64,000 nt of DNA. Source: Catajapyx aquilonaris (lineage: Eukaryota). Below, piece after piece: positions 1 through 10,610 of the stretch. The stretch lies in the NCBI GenBank assembly GCA_000934665.2, contig JYFJ02000166.1, positions 62,001 through 126,000 on the forward strand, written 5' to 3'. A model generated the notes under the pieces. That model was not told the DNA's origin and did not search any database. It worked only from the letters and a program-made list of their open reading frames with translations. Position 1 is the first letter of the stretch. Every line of letters starts with the position of its first letter. A program made the position numbers and the translations under genes.

Positions 1-3000
1 GTCCGAACAAGGAGCCTTCGATGGAAAGGGAACGTTTTCACTTGTCAATGTACAAAGGTGATTGGGGGGGGGAGGTGTGGGAGGACGAGGGATCGGGGTT
101 GGGGGGAGGTGGAGAGTGTTGGAGCAGCGAAGGCGCTTGGGAATCCAGGTTAAGATTATTCCTGGACCATGGGGAGGACGCGAGGGTAGGACCGAAGCGA
201 AAGGTGGAGGTGGTGGTGGAGGATGAGAGGAGGTGGTGGCCAGAGAAGGAAAACAGGGAGGGATTTCAGGTTTGGTGTGCCCGGGGCCATGGAACAGTTT
301 TCACGCACGCAGTGCAGAGGCCGTTCGGGAAAATCGGATGATTTCTTCGAGACCGCGCCACGGAGCTGACCTTGGCGTCTGTGATGTGCTATGCACTGAG
401 AAAGAAAAGGGACCCTGTCCTTTTTTTAAAAAAAATGAGAAGCGTTTCTTCACAGGCTTTTCAACATTGCGATGTGCTCGAGAGTATGCTGGAGAAATGC
501 GGATGTTACGTATAGCAAGCATTACATTACATTATTCGTAAAATCTGTTGCTTGTAGACTTACTATGGAGATGTTGCTATGCCCATCATGCGGAATCCAA
601 AAATGCAGCTGCAGAGCCCGAATTGATAGGGAAGGATGATAGATAAATATGAAGTTAGGAGATGCACAGGTGTGCATCAATAAATTAGGACTTTTGGGGT
701 CGAAGGGTTGTACTAAAAATAACGCTTTAAACGACATGGGACTGAATGGCAGAAGAACATTGCATTATCCGTGAGCAGGATTTATAATCAGTCCCTGGTC
801 ATACACGTCTGGTCATACATGTATTTTTTTCAGTACCAAACGAAAGTTACGAGCCTGCGAGGCAAGTGAAAAACACCATTGGAACTTTCGTCTGCCATAA
901 ATGCTTTGTCTTTTGCGGCTGCGTTGCCCACCGAGCAGGATTTCTCTCCTCCGCCTGACCTTGACTTAGGCCTTGTGGAGTCTGTAGATGCAATCGTTTT
1001 AATATCCAGACCCCCCTCCACCTCAAAAAAGGGACACCTGTTCCTTCGCCACCTTGTAGAGATTAAAGCTTTACACTCTGTGAGCTGTATTTTCTCACTA
1101 GGTTATCAGTAATTTTGTTGGCGTTAATTAAACCTCTATCCTTTGCGCTCCCGTAGGTTGTTGGCAGGCGAATGTTGATTTGATTAAGGTTCGAGCCACC
1201 GATTGATGTAGACGGCGAGGCGTAGGTTTTTGCCGGCAAATTAGCCAGTTATTATATTATAAGCAGCTGCGGTTATTTTTATGCTGATCGGAATTTGTAA
1301 TCCCCTTAATTGGGTATGTAACATGGCAGCTGCTGATCGCAAGGTATAAGAAAGTACTGCAGAAAGGAAAGTTTCGTCTACAGTAGCTGTAGAGTTCAGT
1401 CGACCAGGTATCAGCGCATTTTTTTTTTATATTTAAAAAAATTTGCATGCGAGTTATAATGAAGATAGGGCACTGCTGATTGTCATCTACCGTCAGTGTT
1501 GCAACAGGGCATGGTTTCAGTACGTTCCAGAGCTGTGGTATAGTTTATCGTTTACACTGCACGAGTTTGAGCAAATATGATGGATATCAAAAGGGCGTAA
1601 AGTTAATTTGCGCCTGAACACTTACATTGTGGAGCGTACACCCGTGATGGCGAGTAATTTACTCGTGATAAGTGGTCAGCGGGGAAGACTTTTTTTTTGC
1701 TTTTTGTTTTGGGGATTGAGGACGGATGACTGATTGCCTTTATGTGTCGAGTTGGGGACACGCATAACTCGACGTTTCACGTGCTGCAGTTTCGAGGTGC
1801 TATATATTTTCGGACGGCAAGTAGGTGACTTTATCTGCATTAATATCCCGATGTTATCACCTTGCCCTACTCTTCACTTTAATTGCATGTGCTCAGCACT
1901 TGGGTGCCTCTATAACAGTGCGAAGAGAGAGCAATGTAAGAACTGTTGTGTTTTATACACTGTTAGAATATGTTCTGATGCCTTAGCGGAGTTTTCTTTT
2001 GGTAAAGCTGAAGAAAATGCCTCCAGGACACTGTCGACAGAGATCGTATCTGCATTATTTATCTTGTCTCCTACTTGTCGACAGGTATTTCGAAATTATC
2101 ACTTTTCCACGCATAGGAAAATATAACAGTTACAAGCTATAGTGATAAGATCCAGGAAATGGACTTAGGTACTTTCTCGGTTGAACCCTTCATTTGCTTT
2201 CCCTTTAGTTTACCGGCCTAGTATTTATGTACCTTTTCAAGCCGGCGACTAATACGGAAGTGCCAGGAAACGAAGTGTAGTATTATTTCTTGCTTTCTAG
2301 AAGACGAACTCCTGACTCACCGTGACTATTATTAGGATTTGTTCCTCACATATGGCTGCCTTTTCCCTAACACTGCCGTATGCTGCTGGCACTAGGTTCG
2401 TGGCAATATTTTTACCAGCTCGGTGAAGTGATCTCTTCGGAACCGTTGCAAAGTGGCACTTTTTGCGTCGGAGTGTGTCGCCGTGCCAAGAGATACCACG
2501 GATTGTTACCACTAGTCTTCTGAGTTGATAAATGGCAGTGGTCAGGGACCGCGGAAATATTTTGCTTGGGTATGATTTGGCACTCGATGCGTAATGCAAT
2601 TGGGGCGAGATCCAAACTAGGAGTTACTAAAATACTGTAAATTTACGTATACGCAATGTTATAAAAACGTTTGGCATCTTTAAGATTCAGGATTAAAAAT
2701 ATTGTGGGCACTAATGTCGCTATCAAAATGCGGGGACTACGTGCTACTCTTCACAGGAATTGTTTACATTAGCACGCGTTACATGTAATGTAACATAACA
2801 GATAGATTGCATTTCCGTTTCTGCTCAATCGTGCATCAGGATGATAACTGATAAACAGAGGTGGTACAAATCGTTCATTTACACTTAGTTATTTATAACT
2901 TACGTATTGTTATACTGATCTGAAGTATACCCGTAGTCTATAATGATAATTTGAGAATGATAAGCATCTGTATCTGTTCTAAGTGTTAGTTGCATGGACG

Positions 3001-5169
3001 CTATCTCTTCGAAACGACATTATTGTACATTTCCGGCCAACCGCAAGAAACAAAACGTTTGTATTGATACCCTTCCTAAGTGTTCCGTGTACCTAATGAT
3101 AGGAATTTGCGTAGTAAACATGTGCTAGATTGTTTGCAATTTCATCAAGTAATTTTGTTGCAATTGCGAGAGGAAGGCAATGTAATGATGGAGGACCACC
3201 TGAGACCGCTCGCATTATTATTAGTATCTTTGAGTAGACCCCTTGTTTGTGGTCTACCTTGGGGTCATTCCCGGAAATTGAGCTGTATATTTGCATTGTG
3301 TTACGGAAGTTCAACACAGTGACTCATATTATAAAAAGAGGCATGCGCTGTTACCATTGCATTTCACTTGACACTGCTGCGCAAGGTGAAAATATACACA
3401 ATGAAATAAACTGTTTTATCAGTCAGGCATTACAGTGTGGAGCGCATGTAAATATCGTGAAATATTTACGAAGCCTTAATGTATATGCCCATGCAAAATG
3501 TAGGGAAACCCGCCAGTGGCGAGGCAACGCAAAGTGTTGGTTATTATCAGCATATAGGTAAGAAGACCCCCTGCAAGAGTTACTTAGCGAAGTAGTTAAT
3601 TCTGTTAAGCATTGGGCCACCTCAGAAGAGGATGAACCGCAAGGGAAAGTGCTAACCCCTGCCACTTATGCGTCCCTGTGAACAATAGAGGCGCATTGGT
3701 TTCATACTCGTTTAGGATGAAAGTCTTTTGTCCTCCGGGCTAATTCTGTTTGTCACTGTACGCTGCTGCATGCGCCCAGTTAACTCAAGTGCATCTCTCT
3801 TCTTGCACGGCACTGTACGAGGTTTTGGTGACCTGTGCAAAAGGGGGTCGTATTATTCCTCCGGCGTGTGCTCGTCCCTTTGCAGTATCTTTCCTCCCTT
3901 CCTCTCTCACTGTGTGTGTGCCTTCCCCTGCTGCTTCTGTATTGATCTTCGGTGGGTTCTCATCGATTGGAAGCGGACGGGGCGCGATGGCGAGTGGAGA
4001 AATGCAAGCTTGAAGGCGTCAGGAGAGAGGGTAGGGAGGGAGGGAGGGTGAATATCCCCCTCCCTTCTCCACACTCCTTTCCCCTCTCTGCGAGAGAAGG
4101 CCTCTTATTCCCTTTCTGTTGCTCCCTCATTGCAATCCGGAAACCGATGGAATATTCCATCTCTTTAGCGCACGGAATAGAGGGTCTGCTACAATCTGGC
4201 CAGATTTGCCATTGAAGGAAAATTGAGTCTGATTGCAATCATTGCGATGGGCATTGATACGCAACCTGCAATATCGCGGGGGCGCTCACGAAAAATGGCT
4301 GCCCTGCTCAGATATTGCTTAGCTTCTTTTTCATATAACTGTAGGCTTGTTGATAGCCGCTTGAGGAATTTTTAGATTATATGCGTGATTGAAAGTGTTG
4401 GGTATAGGCGTGATATGAAAAAGAAAAGTTTGACAGTGTAGTAATTAAGACTTTAAAAAATTGGGAATGCGCACCCTGGGCAGATTATATGGGGCGAAGT
4501 GTGATGCGGATGTGTGCCGTGTTAATATGTAACAGCATAGAACGGTTTGCGAGCAGGGGGGCTTGAATTCCCAATGGTGATGAAAATTTCAGCGTCTCTC
4601 AGGGCGAAATGACAGTCTCACTTAATGTTTCATGAACCATAATTAGTCTGACTTTGGTGAAGTTGCATAAGGCGGCCCAGTATTGGGTTATATCAAGCGT
4701 CACGAACCTTTACGGAGGACAGTGACCGTGTCCTTCTCGGAAAGCATTTGGAGATGCTGAGAGAAAACGTAGTTTTGTAAACTTGAATTTGCATCCTGGT
4801 TTTGTACGGCTTCAGGATGATTATATTATAACAGTAAAGAAGGGAAGGGAGGTAGGACTGAACGTTAATGGCTTGTATAATTATCTGGTACTAAAATTTT
4901 GGGATAAATTGGGATATACTGCCAGCTCATTACATAAAATGTAGGTGACGATGATAATATTGATCCATGATCGATGGTGTGGACATATTTTTAGTAACTC
5001 ATCACCTTGTTAGTTTGCTCAGCTCGCATAATACGGGGAGCGCTGCTAGCATAACGGGGTATAATGCCGCATTTTTTGTGCGTGATCTGCGCTTGTTTGC
5101 ATGCAGAAAGGAGAGCAGTCTGGGTGGTGGCAGAGATATGCGATGGTAAATCGGGTGGTTGAGAGTGAT

Positions 5170-5720
5170 GTTATAGAAACTTTTTATTACCTTTCGGCAA
5201 GAGGGTTAGGATAATATGACGCTATCGGCTTTCCTAAAGATGAGTAACGTCGGGATAACTTGGCCTGAATGTGAAGAGGCTCATGTCAGGGAGGTATAAG
5301 ACCGCGGAAGGGAGAGGATGAGGATGGATATAGGCACAGGAATTAGTCTTCCTTTCGAATTTGGGAAAGTAAACAGGGCTTCCGAGTGGAAAAATAGGAG
5401 TTTCAGAATCCCACGTGTCAAGCGAAGGAAGGTCATTCATCAAGATAATTTAACAGCCTCTTTACACGTTTTGTTGCCACTTGATGGGGACGTTAGAGAA
5501 CACTTTTGGGTCGCAGAAAATGCTTGCCGGGAAGAGAGTCGTGGGTGGTGTTGGACTAAGATGGTACAACAACTACTCTTGAGTCGTCATATCTCGAACC
5601 CCTTCCAAGTTTGATAATTAAGTTATTATCAAGTGGATACAGGGAAGAAGGGCAAGTCTTCTGACGATTCATAGTCGCGTTTTGTCTAAACAAGGTTAGT
5701 TAATAATTGCGTTTGAAGAA
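5170..5720 (-). mobile_element. Degenerate Penelope-like retroelement fragment (region N-terminal to the RT core)
   Basis: Minus-strand motifs occur in the expected order despite stops and frameshifts: DLPFFP at 5658-5641 (cf. KGLxFxP), RLK at 5586-5578 (cf. RxLRLKxxF), FLRPKS at 5519-5502 (cf. FxPKSxWxPP), LLIFRKADSVILS at 5247-5209 (cf. IxIxxADKGxxxVI). Consensus from memory; boundaries approximate. Confidence 0.45.
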
Positions 5721-6036
5721 AGAGCGAATGACTCTTTATTGAGTTATATCACCTTGTTCCTGTACGACTCTCAGGATATTGCAGTACACTATTGGACATT
5801 TGTTGTTATGAACATGATGCTCCCCATCATATGTTATAAGCGGAAGGTGATAGTTTAAATGAGGATATGTGCATGTTTCATGAAGGAAGGCGGCGCTCAT
5901 GAAGAGGAGGATGGTGAATGTATAATGCTTATAGCTTCCCTTTCGTCATAGTGTGCTGTATAGTGCCTACATGTTGTTGGTAATGTAACTCGTAAAACCA
6001 CATTGAAAGCAAAATAAGTAGGTCTATATTACATAT

Positions 6037-6055
6037 TACGAGGGTGGATCAAAAG
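6037..6055 (+). mobile_element. Possible solo mariner-like terminal inverted repeat
   Basis: TA followed by CGAGGGTGGATCAAAAG resembles the TA|CGAGGGxxGxTCAAAAAG start of many mariner elements (from memory). No matching right TIR was found. Confidence 0.25.
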
Positions 6056-6796
6056 AAGACAAGAAAAAGTTATTAATTCTTTTACTGGGCGTTTGGGATG
6101 CTACTTGAGATGAATAGTTGCGAACTCACATGTTACTCATCGGCGAATGAAGGTACCACACAAATCTTTCAGGTGTCTGGCAGTCACGTGGAGTGATGTA
6201 ACATATTCCAAAAAGATTAACGTATTCTGACAGGCCAATCGAATGGAGCTGTGACATTTGGATTATTATTTTTACATCACTAGTGGACACGTGCCTCCAA
6301 AACACACGGGAGATATATACTGTTCGCATACATACTCTGACACATGCTGTTTTTTTTTTATATGCACAAAACCGAATAACACCGTTCTCCTCCTTGGTAA
6401 ATGTCTGAACGCCATATTCAAACATATGGTGTCCCGTGGTGTCCGATCCACACTTCACCAATCGACAAACTCTCTGTAGTTATTATGAGTAGTACATGAA
6501 TCCTAACGTATCCCCTCAAACAACGTCCGAAACAAAAAAATTTAAACATTTAAAATAATTTTTTGTTGTTGTTCATAAGACCTCTGTCGGTAAAAATGCA
6601 AGATGACTTTTTGAACCTACAAGTTAGTGTCATGCAACAGCACGAGATATAGCACGCATAACACGCACGACTTTTTGATATTTTGGTAGGCTGTGAAAAC
6701 CTGCTGGGTTCCGCCAACAGAGCGAAAAGAGATCTTCATTCATGAATGTTGTGCGAACATTCACACTGCTCGTGTGTTCTAATTATGCATTTTTAA

Positions 6797-7180
6797 AGAA
6801 TTTGGAGTGTTACAACTGGAGGGTCCAGGAGATGAACAAAATTACTGGATGTGCAGACAGGTCTTACCAGGGAACCTTTTCTTGCGTGCGAGAAATTGAG
6901 TGATTGCCTACACCCGTTTTGAAAGTGTCGTGGAGGCATTCATTAATTATTTTGTGATTCAATACCAGGGCGTAAACTCACTAATAACTTAATATAGGGG
7001 CTAATCTTCGAGCAACAAGTGGCTTGTTACGGTATGACCAAATTGCTCCATGAACGACTGGAGATTTACAAGCAGCCTCAAGTGGAGGAAGTGTTTTTAA
7101 AGATGCCAATGATGAAAGGTAATGAGGTGGAAAATCTTTAGCACTTGTTGTTGTTGGCCTGCAATAGGGGTCATCGCTTG
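6797..7180 (+). mobile_element. Possible highly eroded LINE APE-endonuclease relic
   Basis: Frameshifted remnants appear in APE order: GV..TW-like, KITG..DR....VRE, VEA, LNIGANLR (cf. IGxxYRPP), GD(F/L)..QPQVE (cf. GDFNxPxIDW), GLQ. Each motif is degenerate. Confidence 0.3.
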
Positions 7181-7363
7181 TTCAGCGACGTTGAAATGTG
7201 CTGCCAAACAGTGCTGGCATTTCGCGGGGAAATGAACGAACCGCAGTATTTTTGTTGCTGAGTGCAGTCATAATGCAAGGTTTTTTAAACGGTAATATGT
7301 GAGCGATTTTATTTCCTCTAATAGACGTTTTATTGTGCATAACCTGCCCTGTGAAGGGTTACA

Positions 7364-7459
7364 TACTAATGTTTTGTGTTCTATTTTTGGCAGGTAAGGA
7401 AGCTAGCAGCTATTTTGGTCACTGCCTGGGACTTCGCCATGCTCTCGTGTAAGGTATAG
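7364..7459 (+). other. Juxtaposed 3'/5' splice site (candidate recursive splice site) with a 55-60 nt cryptic or real exon
   Basis: TACTAAT branch site at 7364-7370, an AG-free T-rich tract, CAG at 7391-7393 immediately followed by GTAAGG at 7394-7399; downstream donors T|GTAAGG (7449) and AAG|GTATAG (7454). Confidence 0.45.
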
Positions 7460-10382
7460 AGATGCAGTGTTATAATTAAGAACATCGTTAAGAAGTGCAC
7501 GTCTTGAAATTGTGAATTACTGAAGCCGCGATTTAATTTAACCTTCTACTTGTGGTAGATGCAGGATAAGTGCAGAAACACTACAAAAAGCCTGTGGTTT
7601 GTGCTATTTGATGTTGGAAAATATTTTTTATACTGGCTGTCAGCTGCATTAGTTTCATTGCAGTTGTTAAAATTGCACCATAAATGTAAAATATTACGTT
7701 GACACCAGCTTCCTGCACGATATTGCTTAAACAATGATGTCTATATGCTGTCGGTTCAATTTTCTGAACGGCAAAAGAAGCACCCGAAAATATGAAAGCT
7801 CTGCAAAGTAAATTCAGCCGTATACCCACCAACATGCACCAGCACGGTGGCCCTGCTTGTTACCTGAGCCTCTTTATTGTTTTATGGATAGTTTAAACTT
7901 TATTGTTTTTCGGTACCGGCAATTACACTTTGCAAGTATAGAATGCTGCTGTGATGTGTGTTATTAATGGACCCTTTGACTACACTACATACAAATTTCA
8001 TTTTCCATTATCGTTGCGGTGCTTTATAATTTGATTGGATAGTACAAATGTTCGTTATTTATGAATGAACGCAGGTGTACATGTATTGCGCCTTGCTCGA
8101 ATCGCACGCACTGTTATTGGCCGGGGAAAGGAGGGTGGGAAGGAGGCAGGAGATGAATGGCCGCAAATTTGTTTGTAAATCCCAAGGAGCACCGCCTCTG
8201 TAATCCCAACGGAGGGGTAAGCACGTGGGCAGTGTTTCTTCAAGGGGAGCTAATAGCAATGGTCCAGCCAGCCGCCCATCCCAAATCACTGGCGGGCCCG
8301 TCGGAAAAGGCCAACTGTTGGGGTTGGGGGGGCTGGAAGGGGAGGGGGTCAACATTGGGAGGGTGGGGGGAGGTTTTGTGTTTGTTTTCCTTCCAACTGC
8401 ACGATAGGATTGTCGAATATATGTTGGGTGAAAACTTTTTTTTTCTATATTTTTTCTCGACAATTCAGGGTTCCCTCGAAAACGTCCTCGCCATTCCGGT
8501 GATGGGAAGGCTTGTCGGAGGTCGTGTTGACAATTTGCTATCGCAGGCTCGTTCGTCAAGCGTCAGTCGGAGGGGGAGTGGGAGCCTCTCACCTCTTTCC
8601 TCCCTCCCGCCCGTCACAACTGAATTACGAGAAGGATACAGATATGGGGGAAGGCTGGGAGAGGGTTGAAGAAGGAGGGAGCTTACGTGTGTGTATGATT
8701 GCGTATAGCGCTATAAGGATCCAGTCAAGCGTGTGTGGGTCATGTCATGTACTGTTGGCTCGTTAGGGAACCTGCAGAGAAGTCCCCGCTTTGAATTTAT
8801 CCTGTTTTTCAGTTAATTTGCATCTGCCTGCATTGATTCTCACGCTACTGAATGGGTGGGGGCAGAGGCGGGGCAGAGCCACGGGCGGAGGCGGGTGCAG
8901 GTGCTGGGATGACTGGCAGGAATAGGGTTGTATAGTGATAAAATATGCTGGTCTCGGAGAAAAAGTGGCCAAGAAAAAGTAAATTCGTTGATTTCCAGGC
9001 CCCAACGTCATGGATTCACGTGACTGGAGTCCACTGGCAGATATTTGCGCGCCACATGCTCCAGCCCATTTGGAAAAACTAACATCTACAGCTGAAGCTG
9101 GAAATCAGACGCTTATTTACGGGTGCTTACCGTGTGTTTCAAAATGCAGAACAGATCCGTATCGGTGGAAATAACGTGAACAGTCGCATCTCATCTCTGA
9201 GTTGCCACGCTTGAAGGCCAGGGGAGAGAAGCCTATCCGCTAGATTTCCTAGACGGATAAGAGCGTGTGAAAAGCATAGTGCTGCACAGAGGGCTAGAAG
9301 ATAATGCGACGATATTGTCGCACGTATCGGTTTTTTTTTTAAATACTTGGAGGGGCACAATGGTGGAAAGCAACAGGCTATTCCATACATACGTAAAAGT
9401 GTGGATGTGGCGATGACAGCAGGTGAGAGCCCACGCTGGTGCATCTCTATAGAAACGTGATGGTTGGGCGTGGAAATGGCACCAGGACGAGCAATTCTAA
9501 GCCGGTTAGCGAAGTGTGTGCCGAGAATTTGTTACGGGGAAGGGAAATGGGGCAAAGACTAATGGGACAAGGGCGCCGAAATTGTCGGAGGCACGTCAGG
9601 GTCCGTCGTGCGGAATACTATTGCAGGGACACTTTAAGGGCAGCTCTGCGAGCACGATGGTTTCCAACATGCGGGGATATTTTTGCGAATAAATATGAAT
9701 CGCAGCGAACCCCCCCCCCCCCCCTTCTCGTTTACACTGGTAAAGCGTGGGAGGGGAGGGGGAAGGCTAGAAAAAGCGAAAAGTCGTGTGGCACTTGCCA
9801 CGAAGAAGCAAAAGAGCCGAGTGAATAGCGTTTTCTTGCTTTTCGTGCCTTCAAGTGGCTTCATAAGCGCCGTTCGTGACTTTAAAATGATCGTTAAGGG
9901 GAGGCATTTTCGGAATATCTAGCGACAGAGTAGATAACCTGCAGCTGTAAAACTCACGTTCAGTTAGTGATATTGTATTCGCCAACCCGCGTGCGTTTTT
10001 ACGTATGTACTGTATGTATTCCCACGCCTTGCTAGAGGCTGTGTCTGCGGGCAAAAATTCGAGGTGTCTCAGCGTTGCCGAAGATGGAACCGTGGAAGGT
10101 CATCAGAGGCAGTTATGGCGGGGAGGCCTGTTCGATGCGAGAGAGCGGGGTCCTCATTTGCATTTTGAGCGGGGGAGGGGTGGCAGTGGCAGCGGCGGCT
10201 GAAGAGGTTGGAAGAGAGGAAAAGCAGTGCTCGAGGGCTCCAGCTAGCAAGCTAGCTAGCAAGCAGGCAAGGCAGGCAGGCCTAGGCCGGGTGCGGGTTG
10301 GGAGGAGAGGGGGACCAATCTGGCCCCTCCTCCCTAAAAAGAGCCCGAGGTGCAGCGCAGGGGTCACTCCGGGTCGACCAGG

Positions 10383-10385
<3 letters not shown>

Positions 10386-10444
<59 letters not shown>
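10386..10444 (+). repeat. (GA)n microsatellite, about 29 units
   Basis: Directly visible; it explains the ERERER and SLSLSL ORFs. Confidence 0.97.
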
Positions 10445-10448
<4 letters not shown>

Positions 10449-10600
10449 GGCAACTGCCGCCGCCCACGGGACGATTCAACCTGAGTGTAATGAGGAGCAA
10501 GGGCGCCAACTGCAATTTGGAAAACAAGGGAGGGGATGCTTCATTTTGGACACCGTGCCGGCCTGGCAACAGCGGATGATGTATTTAGAAATTTCTGGAT

Positions 10601-10610
10601 TGATTGACAG
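10601..10610 (+). promoter_or_regulatory. Perfect PBX/Exd-MEIS/Hth decamer TGATTGACAG
   Basis: Exact match to the established TALE heterodimer motif. Function is not shown. Confidence 0.35.

Noticed and set aside
879..1112. ORF containing VLISRPPSTS...FLRHL, resembling the APE YRPP motif
   Set aside because: A single degenerate motif with no supporting neighbours.
4571..4657. C/D-box-like GTGATGA...CTGA with partial 18S complementarity (GAACCATAA)
   Set aside because: The terminal stem is imperfect and the complementarity breaks next to the D box, violating the +5 rule.
6799..7452. Three-exon + strand model (6799-6860, 6998-7118, 7394 onward) giving ...MTKLLHERLEIYKQPQVEEVFLKMPMMKG...
   Set aside because: The first acceptor and donor are weak, the product is unrecognisable, and the region is better explained as an eroded LINE endonuclease.
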